A stretch of DNA of 64,000 bases from Iphione sp. A-MEVVRFRX5 (GCA_976226885.1 OZ320315.1:42036001-42100000), one strand, 5' to 3'. Numbered from the stretch's first letter, positions 24,029 to 37,127 are shown. Translations and numbers: made by a program. The notes: generated from the sequence alone by a model not told the origin.

Positions 24029-25312
24029 GTAGGTGGCGGTCATATTAGTAAAACAAGAGTTCGTTTTAAGTAAGGGAACAGCTGCATTCGATTACACATG
24101 TTATTCATGTAAATACATTGCTATTCATCATTATATACACAATGTACATCATATTAGCGGGAGCACTTGAAAGTGATAAATCATTGTTGGAGAAGGCTAT
24201 CAATTTCACCCTATTTTCGGAACCAGGGGTTCAGAGGTTAGCTCGGAGATGTCTGCGTCTAGCTCGGAAAGCATCTGTCTTTACGAGGTCACTAAGGAAA
24301 TGACATTTGTCAGTACAAGTGTTCATGTTTTTATAAGGGCCGCAGAAGGTTAAATCAAACTAGAATTCAACATACAGCAAAGAAAGACTTCATGATGATC
24401 GATGAGTGAAACTTTCTTTGGGCCGTTGTTTTCAACTGTTTTTTCCCTCGCAGGAAAGCAGAACCCTTCACACAGGAACCTTGCACGAGGGAATCTTGAA
24501 TCGTCCATTACGGTATCCTTACCGTCAATATGGTGACCATCTTGCTCGGGGCGTTGTGGGAGGTAGACATCCCAGCCTGGGGACCACCACCGTGCCGCAC
24601 ATGGCTGCACACCATGTCCCGCCCAGCGTGTACGCGGCCACCCCTCTCCCACCCTGGCTTCCGCTCTGGCTTCTGACATGGCTTCGGAGCACGTGGCACC
24701 CGCCACTGCCCACATGGTGTTCTGACCCACCCGCCCCGCTGGCCTCACCTCCCCTCCTCTCCAATCCCGGCCTCCGCACGGTAGCACGACCGCCGACGGT
24801 GCGGACCAGGTCCCCGCCGCCTAACAAGCGGACCCCGCGGCCAACCCGGGCTCTGAACCCTGCGGGCCTTCCACACATGTTGGCAGTACCTGCAGCATCC
24901 TGCACGACCAACTGTGACACTGCTTAGTCAGAGGCCAATGCTCAAACCTAATGTAGTCCATTTTTTAACTGTCTGCATTGCATACTTCCCTTCGGCTTGG
25001 GTGGCCGCGAGCTTAAAAAGGGATCACACATCCGTAATAAATCATGCAGGCTGTGCCTCATTCGTTGTTACCAAATGTCCAGATATCTGACAAATGGAAG
25101 TATACAGAAAAGGCAAGCACTCTTGTCAAGTTCGTCCGCGAGTTAGTATTTTCCTTGCAACAACTTGGTCTCGCCAGGTTCTATAGACACGCACAAACTA
25201 AGCTGCCTGCTCCTCAATAGTCAGAAAAGCATTCGGAAATGAAAACAACTGTTATCCTCGCCTCTCAGGCGACTGGAGGACAAGGGGAATCCTGCTCGAG
25301 CCCATCTCAAGT

Positions 25313-25579
25313 TCAAACAATGTCCGGACACCTAATCCCGGTGAAATATTGAGTGCCGCACAAGTCAAGCGGTATGAACCACCTGAGGTCATTGTCGGGG
25401 TGCGGCCTGGCATCCTGATGCGTCCTCCGAGCGCCCTGGTAGGCGCCACTAATATACCAATAACTATGCGGCTCGCGCTGCCGCGTGTTGACTCTCACCC
25501 TGTTACGCTGGCTTCTCCGTTCCGCAGCATTTACTTGTTTGTTATGGACGAAAGCTCCTGGGCGGTTTGGTAAACCCAT
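25313..25579 (-). mobile_element. Degenerate RT relic
   Basis: RSQRNRVRVNT...ISGAYQGA...DNDLR (cf. RSQRVRVNG...VSGVPQGS...INDLP). Confidence 0.5.
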
Positions 25580-25671
25580 CGGGAACAGCTAGGGACCATG
25601 TGAGAATTTTACGACATACCCCGTATATACATATATATATATATATACCTGGAGTTTTTGATAGAACAAGC

Positions 25672-25830
25672 NNNNNNNNNNNNNNNNNNNNNNNNNNNNN
25701 NNNNNNNNNNNNNNNNNNNNNNNNNNNNNNNNNNNNNNNNNNNNNNNNNNNNNNNNNNNNNNNNNNNNNNNNNNNNNNNNNNNNNNNNNNNNNNNNNNNN
25801 NNNNNNNNNNNNNNNNNNNNNNNNNNNNNN
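25672..25830. other. Assembly gap, 159 N
   Basis: Run of N in the sequence. Confidence 1.
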
Positions 25831-26469
25831 CCTCAAGATGTTTCACCCTCATTACACAGGGGGGTGTCTACTATTCTGGTGAAGCGTTATTGTCTATTTT
25901 AATTCAGCGCAAAACGCTATTTGCTCTCACAAATAAGCGTGAAGCGTTATCAAGCATTTACTGGTGAAGCGTTATCAAAGAATTAATTCTTGGTGAAGCG
26001 TTATTTGACCTTTCTTTAAACGTTATAGGTAGTTTCAATTCTTGGTGAAACGTTATTGAGTAGGCCATGACCCCCCCTGTCATTACATGCTCAGAGCGGT
26101 GGCGGCGGCTGTGGCAGGGAGGCCGGGGAACTACAGAGGGGTGTTAGGGCGAGCTAGCGGCAGAGAGCCAAGTCGGCGGCCGTTGTGCGTAAAATTCCGC
26201 GATGTGTGTCGGCGGGCTTTTCTCCTTAAAATAAGGTATATACACAGTGGAACGCCTCTATTAGGGACACCCTCTGTTCTGAGCAAAACTGTCCCTGTAC
26301 ACACTTGTCATATAGTTCGGATTGATACATAATTACAACAGATTTTTCATAGTAGGGGGACTAAATATTGTTTAAGGACTTTTATTTATGGATGAGGGCA
26401 AAACGTCTTGACGGAGAACTGGTTTGAGGGCAAACTGGCGAGGGTGAACTGGTTTGAGGGTGAAACGTT
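25831..26469. repeat. Dispersed array of a GGTGAA(A/G)CGTT-family motif with one inverted copy
   Basis: GTGAA(G/A)CGTTAT copies at about 25877, 25939, 25962, 25991 and 26043; GAGGG(C/T)(A/G)AA copies at 26394, 26426, 26440 and 26456; inverted copy at 25831-25850. Confidence 0.75.
26245..26300 (+). mobile_element. Possible lone Tc1/mariner(pogo)-type terminal fragment
   Basis: CAGTGGAACGCCTCTATTAGGGACACCCTC...TGTCCC resembles a TIR style recalled for pogo-like MITEs. No partner end found, and the TA flank is not adjacent. Confidence 0.3.
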
Positions 26470-27743
26470 GATATTTGCTCTCTCCTCAGTGGTGTAACCT
26501 GAACCCTAACTCAGAGCCGAACACTCTTTGTAAGCAGCTCTGTGATTGGCCCTCCAATGTTCAGGCATGCGCAGTGATCATAACACATGGGGCTTATTTC
26601 CGGCAGCCGTTTTATAAGAGTAGTGTAAAAACAGCGTCATCTAGAATGTAAGCCCTGTCAAAGATGACCTCTCTTCAAGGACATCCCCCGGTGGAAACGA
26701 CTGCCTTCGAGTAACAAGGAATGGCTACGTCTTTCCAACCTTCTGACTACCTGGCCCGTTGTCCAAACCCTGTCAGCACGTGATCTCCTACCAAGTGTAG
26801 GACGTTCAAATTTTCAGGACATATCAATGATGGCTGATCACAACATTGCTATTTTCGCAAGTTTTTTGAGAAATAATTTAAGCGACATCACATCCTTGTG
26901 TTGCGATAGTGTGGAAAATGCCTAATATAGCAGGAAGCATTCTAATATGCTTTTGACTGATGTGGTTACCTCTTACCAAGTGCAGTGATTTTCAAGTCTG
27001 CATTATAAATGTTTCATTATATAACAACTATCCAAAATTAATGTCTTATAGTAGACAAAGATCCCCTGCCAGACACATGATATAAATTTTGTGGTTGGGA
27101 AATATAATTATGTTCCCAGAGATCGGCAGACAAACTGGCAGCCCCTTCAGCTTTTCCTAATAAAGGGAAGTAAGTCATCCTTGAAAAGGACTTTCAGGTA
27201 TGGAATACAAAGGTAGTAAAATACACTGAGACTGAAGCACTAAAAAGTAAAGTACCAGCCATTTGAAGCAGGAGCGTGCAACACACTACACCAGTTTTCT
27301 CTTAATCAGCCACAAGAGTTGAACATCACAGCCAGACCACATTGCTTTGTTGGTGATAATATGGACTGTAGTAGCCAACGTGTTAAGTATTAGGTATTTG
27401 GGCCCGAAGATTCAGCACATGGCATCTGCTTACGGTTAAACAGTCCTATGTCTACTTCTCCTACGGATATGTGGATATGCATTATTTCTTCATGGAATTA
27501 AAACGAACAGCTGCCAATAATAATCATATTGCACAGTTCGGAATATAGCCGGTATTTTCTAAGGTGCACACATCACACCCAGTTTTGAACATAGTGTAAA
27601 TAATGAGGAACGATTTTCGCAGTCAGCACAATAGGTCCCTGTGTATTCCAAGACCAATTAGTCGGGATGCAGGAGGTTAGAGGCTGCAGTATTCTCACTC
27701 TATTCGTCCATGTATCACTAACACACTTGGAAAAAAAGAATCG

Positions 27744-29100
27744 TTAAGTGGTGGGCCCTAATAGGCTTTGGAATGATGACGGTGAACAAAAAGTGATGCC
27801 AGGATGTCGCGGAGAGGCAGGCCATTGTAAAGGGTCGTTGTGGCGCGAATGGCGAACCAATCTACTGGAAACAGTGCGAGCTGAAGCGTTGCCCGACAAA
27901 ACAAGAGGGTGCTGTTCGCAGGACGCCATCTCCACTCGCATATACATGAAATAGTCCATTGTTGTTTGCATAACAGTTTTAAGAAAAAATGCAGAATGGC
28001 AGTTTGGACGGAGTTGGTCTGGGATGGCGATGATAAGCAGCTGGGCGTATGCGCGTTTGCCTTCAGGGACATGCAAACATTTGCATCGCTTTGAGTCGCC
28101 CAGCGTAGCATCGGCCTGAAGAAGGAAAGGGGGCCAGGTTGTGCGGTGCAAGTGAGATGTAGGGAGCTAAGAGGGCAAGAGGCAGAAAAAACGAGAGCAC
28201 AAACGATCGGTTAACCCTCCGTTCTAGAGCGTGAAACCCGCGTTCGTGTCGTTATAATTTGACATCAGTGAACAGCAGAGCGCTCGGGGCGGTGCAGACA
28301 TCTCACATCTGATCAGTTCTACACTAGTCATTACAGATGCGCTGGATACACATATACATATATATATGTATATTTATATCAACGTTCTAAGTTTTACAAT
28401 TTATTTGAAAGATTTGTGCCCTGGGTACAAATGTAGAATCGATATAGTTTTCAACTACGGCAGTATATCGTTACTGTTGAGGAACAGCTGGCCTTTTTGC
28501 AATAATTAATGCACATTCTAAGACGGCCTTAATTAAGAAATACGCATAGGGTGTTAAACGGGCGTTGGTGATTGGCTGATGACTTAGAATATGGATGCCC
28601 CGGAGGAACCCTGATCCTCCAGATGCTCTTTGAGTCACTCCTGGGACAATCTGATGTCGAATGCTGTCTGCCACTAACGACCCTTGGTGTGCGACCACTG
28701 TCCAGGAGGGTGATTATAAGGTACAATTAGAGATGGCTTAAACGGGCCATTTTGTCCCTGGTCAACACCCGTCACCAGACAGGATTTATTCATGAAGACT
28801 TGAGGTCATCCATGGTCTCACCTGATCAGCTCATACATCGCCCTTGCTACTTTTTCGATTCAAGTCTGTTTTCAGTTATGACTGAAAGGTTTCCATTTCT
28901 TCATGCGTACACCTAAACCGTTGCCTAGCCGTAATGTGGTTAATGTGCAGTTTTGTGATGTATCATTGCTATTCTCAACCTGCACACCATTGATAAGACT
29001 TCTTGGACAAAGGTGTCTCCATGGCTCTCATCTTGCCAAACCAAATACAAAAACAATTCCTGCCAAAAATAATATCTGCTGTTGGAACGATAAGGGAAAA
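27744..29100 (-). mobile_element. Degenerate RT relic with an internal insertion
   Basis: Collinear on minus: HITARQRFR (about 28940), LLDSGRTPRVVSG, PGVTQRASGGSGFL...NARLTPYA, then after about 350 extra bp LRWATQS, RCKCLHV, SSRLVRH. Confidence 0.6.
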
Positions 29101-29302
29101 CTTTGCAAAGCATTATTTGCTCCTTAAGAATCGGTTCACCTGTATTCGCTGAATGTTTTATAGCCTATTACCATTTCAAAACCAAGGAACTGATAACACA
29201 GCTGGTTAGTGAGAAAAAAATCTTTCGGTTGACCTTTCCTTAATTTGGAACATGGGTACACAACCCGACCTCCCTAACCCTAAAACCCAGAAAAAAAACC
29301 CT

Positions 29303-29645
29303 TCATTTGGAAGCGATTGGATGATTTCGCATGCTAAAACGGGTCCAGGGCCCGTCCGTGCCAACCCTCCTCTTCCTAAATTGCACGCAGTTGACCTGCC
29401 TTGAAGAAGTTCTGTTAGGCTTACCCGGCTTTAAGAGTTTTTTTTCGACTATTGACTTTGTATTTAATGATAGCTTTGAAATGTAATTGCTGGGGTTTGG
29501 CTTCACAATGAAGATAGGGTTCCTATTAAAACAGTGGACACCTAGGTACTGAGAACTGTCGATAGGTGAGTCATAACTTTCAGCCTTAACTGTCAGCTGC
29601 ATCAATATTTTAACAGTAGAAATTTGATAGCATACTCATCGGCTG
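29303..29645 (-). mobile_element. Possible RT thumb-region relic
   Basis: ADEYAIKF, then IDSSQYLGVH (cf. AD.W.MKF, VDSFKYLGVH). Only two motifs. Confidence 0.35.
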
Positions 29646-30074
29646 TCTCTGGACGCACGACACAGGACACAGCAAGCTTTAAAAAGAAGCGGAAGGGCGG
29701 GCGGGCGGGTAGGTGTGAGCTTTAAAAATCATGACATATCTGTTTTAACACCCACTCCGTCATCGAAGCCGTTTCAAGGCTTGAGAGTGATGTGGCTGCT
29801 GGACGCGTCTCTGCCAGCCGTGTCCCACAGAGACTATAACTTCCCGGATCATAGTGCTAGGCGCCGGCGCACGCCAACGGCTCGTCACCGTGCCCGCCTC
29901 CGTGTTCCGTGCGGCGCCTGCCTTTCTTACATACTCCTGCCTTCCGGGAGTCTCCCACGAGGCGGCCTGTCAGTTATCACGACCGGGGGCGTGGCCTACA
30001 ACAATACGAGTGAGATCAAAGCCAGGCGACCGGCTGCTTTGGGATCCACGTACCACGTGCATGACCTGCAGCAT

Positions 30075-30308
30075 CTACGTCTCTTTGCATCCCACTCTTG
30101 GTGTATTTGGGGGGTGATTTGTCTTTTTCCTCACTCTACCAGTTAGCACACATGAGACCACGTGCTGCCAAATACTTCTATGCCCTAGTCCTCCGAGTGG
30201 CGGTAAGAATAGGGTAATACGTCTGGGATGGCAGAAAGCCCAATGCATTACCGCTGGAGATTTTGGCTGAATTTCATGGGCTGCCAACATGCCGCTTACG
30301 TTTAGCAC
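30075..30308 (-). mobile_element. Possible RT relic
   Basis: AFCHPRRITLFLPPLG, then IWQHVVSCVLTGRVRK (cf. AFD.V.H..LL.KL..YG, L.WI.SFLTGR.Q). Confidence 0.4.
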
Positions 30309-30799
30309 TATCCTCCATTCCTCAGGGAATACAGAATTGTCTGTACCACAGAAAGGTTGGAGTGCGTCGAGACCTATTTATATGAGACTCACTCCAAAAG
30401 AAACGTCCATATTGATCTTTTTCGTACGTATGGGGAACGAGAAAGTTCCCCTTCAGGGTAGCAGCAAACTGCTGCATTCATGTTGCCAAGTTTCTTTCCT
30501 CTGCACTTCACACTTGCCTTTTTACCGGGCATAAGCGTGTGCGTCCACATGTTTTGCCCCCTCTCGCCACTTTTACCGTTTGACCCCCAGCGCGCCCCTG
30601 GTCGGTGAAGGTGGTCAATTTCCGGCGGGCGCTTGCAGAAAGTGAGACGGCATGAAATAAAGCCTCGTGGTGCTTGATGGCCACATGCCTACCAATCCTA
30701 GCGCACAGTATTACAGTCATGCGAGCCAGGCTGCCGCCGGCCCCGCCGCCAACACCCACAGCCTTTCCCCGATGACGGGGAGGAGGAGAGCAAACATGC

Positions 30800-31788
30800 T
30801 GCAGGACCACGAGGTAACAAGCAATTTCCTCAAGAGTCTCCTACTGCCTCCGGTGCCTAAGGAAGCCGAGAGAACATCCTCCATGACTACTGGTGTTGTT
30901 TCCACCAGAGAAAGCCCTCTTTTGCTATCTTGTCTTCTCGCCAGGAATGCGAGCGGTGAGGGTGCCCTACAAGATCAAACCAACCTTCCAGCTCAGATGG
31001 AGCAACAGCGTTTAAAAGGAGAGCAAGCGTGCGATGCGCGCTGGCGTGCACGATGTGGGTGATTCCTGGCATGAATATAGCCGTGTACATAGACTAGTCA
31101 GCAGCAACTTCCCATTTCCCTGGCGGTGAACCCGCCGATCCGGGGACTTAAACATAAGCGCGTGTGTCTATAGCTAAGCGCACGCGTCTGCGCGCTTGCA
31201 TGATTCCGCTTGTCAGCTCAACAACGCGAGCGCCGCTGACGAAAAAGGCAAATGGGTTTGGAGGCCGAGGCAAAAGTAGCTGGAGATGGCAAGGCACACA
31301 TGTCATTAAGGAGATGCAGTGGCATGAAGAAATAAGATTAGCTCGTCCGCGCCGATTGCTGGAGGTTGGTCGCCAAGAAATAATTGGCCCAAACCCACGA
31401 TGCAGACCGACCTCAATCCAGTGCCTCAATATCCTACAACATTGATTTTAGGTGTTGGGTTCCACTGCCAATGACCCAGATGGGTTCTAGGGTTGCTGTA
31501 CAGGATGAGGTTGGTGATATCTCGGACGAGAAATTGCTCGGATTGAATTGTCTTCCTGGGGAAACTGGTCGCTTGTATTTCAAATGTGTTTGTATGCTCT
31601 GCCTATTACTTTATTGTTGGTTCACTGCTCTTCATCAAGAACCTTTTGCTGTGGCTAGTTCTGCTGCGTATTGGGGAAATATAGAGCTCAGCAAGTGCAA
31701 CAAACGTACCCTGTGCTTCGCTTACAAAGCATGGTGTGGTGGTACCTTTCGAGAGCTGTACAAAAGAACACCTACAGACCTATATTGA
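30800..31788 (+). mobile_element. Degenerate RT relic
   Basis: Collinear: EVTSNFLKSL, ANGFGGRGKSS, then within ORF 31384-31788 RCWV...SRVAVQDE...GRLYFKCVCML...FAVASSAAYWGNI...AWC. Confidence 0.55.
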
Positions 31789-31953
31789 TCGCGTGTCTTT
31801 TGTGGTTGTCTTGAATGAAACGAGAAAAGGAGACCTTAGACCTGGCTCTGGTGCCGAAAGTGTAGAATAAATGTCTTTCCTAAACGCATTAACCTCATTA
31901 CCGACAAAAGGGCCTTTACCAGTTGAACTTGGCCGAGTCCGATAGTTAGTGAT

Positions 31954-32842
31954 CTATGGCTCCTGGGAAACTTCGACCTTCATGGTGTAGAATGTTTTAC
32001 CTAGTAATTCTAAATGCCGAGAAATTCGTTTAGTTGCAGAACTTATAGGATTTACCGAGGCTCCAATGGCCAAGACCCAGATGAGGTTGATTGCTTTAGT
32101 CTGTCTGTCAAGGATCCGCCACGATTTGGTGGATGGCGCTGCTTGCCCATTCTGTACAGGTATCCTGGTCGACTGGCCACCGGTCCAACCCTCCAATTGG
32201 ACCCACTTGTTGACCTCGAGGGCATTGTGAGCAGCCTGCATCGGATGAATTCATGTTTTCCCTAATGCCCTGCAAAAGGGGTCATCTGCACCACAATGCC
32301 CTTTTCTGGTGGAATAATCGTCCGGTGCCGCGCGGGTTAAAGGGAGTTGTCTCTTCCAGAGCACTTTCAATAATTAAGTTAATTTGAAGAACTTTGTCCC
32401 TAGTTTTAGCCCGGGAAAAGATCAATGGTAATCATATTTCCTAAAGTGCGGAAACAACATGAAATGAGGTGTTTTTTCTCGAATGAAACGGCTACTGTAT
32501 GTCAGACACGCACAGTGATTGCCTTAGTCTATTGATCGGACGTCAGAAATAGTCCCTTCCCGAGATGTCACCCCAGGGCCTTGCACGGAAAGGCCCATTT
32601 CCCTATTGCTACTTTACATACGAATAGAGGGAGGGATCTAGAGTGATCCAGTTCCTATCAGCCTTCCACATAGTCGGAACACTTGGTAACCATTGAAAGA
32701 GCATTTCCGACAAATTTGAAGTCATAAGGACTGCACATTGAGGACCTTTCCATTCGGGTACCATACAATGCGACCATTTTAAAAGGTTGCTTGTTTCGAG
32801 GTTGTTACACACAGTAGCATTGAACAGTATTGCGAATTTCAT
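31954..32842 (-). mobile_element. Degenerate RT relic
   Basis: NNLETSNLLKWSHCMVP (cf. LE.NNLLS..QHGF.P), then KWVQLEGWTGGQSTRIPVQNG...SWRIL (cf. KWI.SFLTGRSQRV.VNG..SW). Confidence 0.5.
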
Positions 32843-32890
32843 ATATGAACTTACTCTATATAGAGTTGTTAACCGCCACAGTTCAGCAAG

Positions 32891-33145
32891 ATGGGCGAGA
32901 CATTTACATTACACGTACTCGGTATATGTTTTTTTTATCGTCATCAATCATGTTCAACTAAGGACCTCATGTCTTTTCTCGTAATGGATTCACTCTGTGA
33001 AGTAGTGACAGGCTCGGCATATTGTTTGAACCGCCAGTTGAACGCTACCTCATGGAACCAGATGCTGGACAGTTTTTGGGACGGGATTTTTTACCATAAG
33101 GCAGGGAATAGAAATGTGAGTGGTGCTCTGAAGAAAACATGTTAA
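32891..33145 (+). mobile_element. Possible RT thumb-region relic
   Basis: VLGICF...TSWNQMLD...HKAGNRNVSGALKK (cf. YLGV.I...LSW..HI...KA.R.LG.LKR). Confidence 0.35.
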
Positions 33146-33560
33146 AAGCCTGTCAGGTTTTGCCTGAGGGCCAAAAGGGAGGCAGACAGGTGTCAACGCT
33201 GAGGGACACGGAGGATCCGAGCCTCCCCATACATTAATTTACTGACGTTCAATCCTCATGTATGGCAAACCAGCAGGTTATGTCTGCCGTCTAGCCTTCA
33301 TGCGTACTGAGCAGTTGATAATGGGCTGCTTTTGAAAATGTGCATACCTATCATAGTAGGTGATTTGGAAGGGCTTGCTTTGGTATACCAGTCAAAGCCT
33401 CTCCGCATGAAGAGTAAAGTATTTTTTCCCCCTCAGCCATCGCCTTTTCCTCTATTCACATTGCCCCTTGGCATATAAGTTACATGCTATATGCAGTGCA
33501 TGGAAGATCTATAAGTATCTCCCCACTTTGATGAACGACCTTCGATAACAACGGCCATCA

Positions 33561-33989
33561 TTGCCACTTCATGTGAGTTCCTCCAAAGCTACGAGGAGAA
33601 GGCCTGGCTTTCTACAGTCATGCTTGGCATACGTGCTTGCAAAGAGTAGGCGGCAAGTAATGCCAACCGTTCGTATCTCGCCAGGCACCACGGTAACGCG
33701 CTCTGCGCATCAGCGATCTGCTGCCTCCACTGTCCGAGTGATTGATGCTGACTTCATATCCGCTGAAATTGAAAAATTCAATATTGATGGAGAACAAAAC
33801 CAGGCGTTTCGGTTTGCCTGGCCGATTCCACTACAGGAACGAATCGCCGTTGTCCATGTGCCTACATTGCTTCCATCACAAGTGGAACCATCCCCCTTGT
33901 TACAACCTGCGCCTTTCCATTTGCCGTATTTTTCGGTTTACCACAGTTCCTTCTCGTTGTCCCCATGTCTGCAGCAAACACGTAGTTGA
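33561..33989 (+). mobile_element. Degenerate ORF2 relic, post-thumb region, 142-aa open frame
   Basis: SSKATRRRPGFLQSCL...TVRISPGTTVTRSAHQ...VRVIDADFI (cf. CSKATR.LGFLKRNL...LVRPILEYASTVWSPHQ...ERVQRRAARFI). Confidence 0.55.
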
Positions 33990-36575
33990 TTTATATCATT
34001 GGTGCTAGCATTTGGTAGAATGTGTAAAAGAGTAGATATTATGACAAAAAGGTCTAGAAGTCAAAATTGTGGTGATGTGATTATACCTCTTTCCTAGCCA
34101 AATGATCCAAGAAGGATTCTGTGTTCATATTACTGCTTCAAGATTGGACGTTTTCCTTTTTTACAAAATAACAATGCTCACTTTGTCTTGATGCCAAAAG
34201 GTAATGTATCATGTTGAGGAATGCACCTTTCCAGACACTTTTTGTAAACATTGCGTTCAGCTGGAAAGGAGGGAGTCCCTTTATTCTTTTCCACTTAGTT
34301 GCTACGCATTTAAGATATTAATGGTAGGAAAACATTATTTTAATTAATGATCTTAAGAATATGCTCGATTCCTTCATTTATCCAATCTATTCGTGTCCGT
34401 TTATTATCCTTCGTCTGAATTTAGTGGCATGCACCCAGCATTTATGTACTTTTTATGAGTTTTGATATACAAGTAGGATAATGGTTTTAGTAAACACACA
34501 TGCTATAAGTTGCTGATACGTCGCCATCAGTTTAAGCTGAATTTCATCTGAAGTTGTACCTTTCGGAATCCACTGCCAAGTATGCCACCTTGACCTCAGA
34601 AACCTATATTTCTTAGGCGGTGTTGAGCGAGATAAGCTAGTACATGTATAGCTTTATCCGTACTACTCATGCTAAGGTTGGAATATGAATCTTCTTATAT
34701 CTCGCTGATTATACGTGCATAGGGCAAAAACTCTTATCTTGGCTAGTGGTATAAGCGTTAACATACTATATCATTGCTAGGCTCGCGAGCTGCTGACAGG
34801 ATATTGTGCGACCGGTCACTCTAGATGGGTTAGGCCTGCATATTCATTCAACTGCCTTTGATCATAAGCGGCTCCTCATAACACTATGATGCATCCTCAC
34901 GCTGATTGAATACGAGTTAAAACCGCCCGCCCGGCACAAACATTTGTTTTCGGTTAAGATAGGCTGACGACGGGGGAGCCGCCTCCCACAGGAGTGCAAA
35001 GCAAGCCAATCCTGTCAGGAGAGGCGAGCAAGGCGTTAGTAGGAATACCGTTATTGGTTACGATGTGTTGATGAACTGGAGCCATCCGCGGAGGATACAC
35101 CCCTAGGGTCAAACCCTGCCCGGGCTAAAAGAGGGACTTTATGATGTGGCCTCGAGCCACTTCATGCCGTCACAGTCGATCTGCTCACTTAGGAACTTCG
35201 CTGGCAGTTTTTAGACGGGTCCGAGATGCCTGCCACTTCCGTCTTACCATCGGTCATCTTTACCATCAATATCAATCTTCAGCCTCTTCCCTTCCAGCAG
35301 TTTCTATCGCCCTCTAGGTGAGGAGAAAGTACGGGCGGTCTCCTGACGGCGAACCATCGAGGCGGATATAGATGTCACGTGTGTATGAATTAAGTATCGC
35401 TTAACCCGATATGCCAAGTGGCACAGGCTCTGAATCCTCCATGTGCAATAAAGACGTAATGGTGATTGCACAACGTCGAATTGTCACGGCATTGGTGGCT
35501 TAATCAGGGGCATAAAGTGGACTCTTAACGAGGCGGCCGGATTCCATACACTGCTCATTTGCGACCCGTTTTTGGTGACCGGTCCAAACATTGGCAGCTG
35601 CGCCGGTAGTGCGACCGGGGCCCAACCTGAGCTCCGGGCGCCGCGGCGGCGGCATGGCGTGCCGACGACCAATTACCCGGGCGGCATTAATGAATCTCAC
35701 TAAATACATTTGGCCGCAATCGGTTCGATCGGCCACAATGACCGTCATTACGAGGGTCATTCGGTCAATCAACAGCTTCATTTCCGACATGATCTATGCC
35801 GGAGCGGTCGACCGTTCAGCGCTCGCCGACGGCGCATAGAGTCGAGGTTGTCGTCGACCGCCCCGACTGCTGGACCGGTCGATTTGTCCGCGTCAGCCGT
35901 CACGTCAATGATGTCTTAGTACGTACCTGCTTGATTACTTACAAGCACGATTCACACTTAAAGAGGCCCGTCTTTTATAGCTAACGTTGTAGCTCTCGTC
36001 ATTACGGGGTAAAGTCCTTCAGAAATATACATTTGCTTGTAGAACCTATATGGGACATACAATGTAGTAAAAACGTAGTCGACAATTATTGTGCAACGCA
36101 GCAACGACTTTGGTTTCTTACGTACAACAGCGTGAAATGATCGGCAGGTGTTTGGCGTTGTATTAATTCGAAGACGCCAGATAACATCTGCACAAGGTAA
36201 ATAAACGAAAGGCAGAAGTCATAAATGGCGGTATAAAAACTGAGTGGGCGCATAATACCTGGGGTAATTTCGCATAGTTAAACATTAGTTCCGGAGTGCA
36301 GCAGAAGGTAGATATTTAATGCGTGAACCTGCCACGTAACTCGATATCAGTGGGCGGTAAAGGCCGAAGACACAAAGGTAGAAACGGAGTGCCACGGCCA
36401 ATTTGTAGCCATCTTCATCTTAATTGTTACATATGTTGGCCGCAGTGTCCGGTTGCCGTATAGGCTGGCTTCCCCAGGTCGTTGCTATAGTAGAGCTTGC
36501 CTGCTCTGCCTTGGCTTCCATGCACATACCCTTTCGGCGTATCCCGCCTTTGAGGTAGTCTAGTAGAAAATCTCC

Positions 36576-36776
36576 TTGTCAGTGAAAGTGACAGGGACGC
36601 TGCTTTTACAGGCGGCTGGCAATCCGGGCGTTTACAGGAGTCAGCATAGTGCCCTAACCTTTATCCTCATTACCATGGGTCTGCAGACTCTTTCTCTGCT
36701 AGATGTAAAATACGGGCTTCTCTGTTTACTTGACCGAAAGCCTTTTAGTTGGAAACATTCCATTTTTTTTGTGTAA
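36576..36776 (+). mobile_element. Degenerate RT relic
   Basis: GVYRSQHSALTFIL...KYGLLCLLDRKPFS (cf. SGFR..HST.TAL...K.TGVVFLDLKKAFD). Confidence 0.5.
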
Positions 36777-37127
36777 TCCATGGCAGTCGGGTGAACACAT
36801 GGCTGCCAACAAGAGGGCCCCCTAGGTGAGCGAGCTCCGCTCTCATCTCAGCGGTACGTGCTATTGCTACGGATACATACAGGTGCTAATTGGTATCATC
36901 ATAGCAGCTCTTATCTCCGGTAGCCCATCTCCACATCACACGTCGGAATGTCATATCTTTCCACTAAACTGAAATATGGCGCCATCACATCTGGCGTGAA
37001 GGTGGCCCACCCTCGACGACAGGCCACTTCCTCGCGATATTTATTTATTTGCAGTCTCTCTTTTTTCCCTAGATCCCCTGGTGGGATACTCTGTTAGACA
37101 GCTACCATCAAACACTTTTAACTGTAT

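Noticed and set aside
24350-24927. Overlapping Pro/Gly/Arg-rich ORFs (131-173 aa)
   Set aside because: Open in several frames because of GC richness; no domain or splice support.
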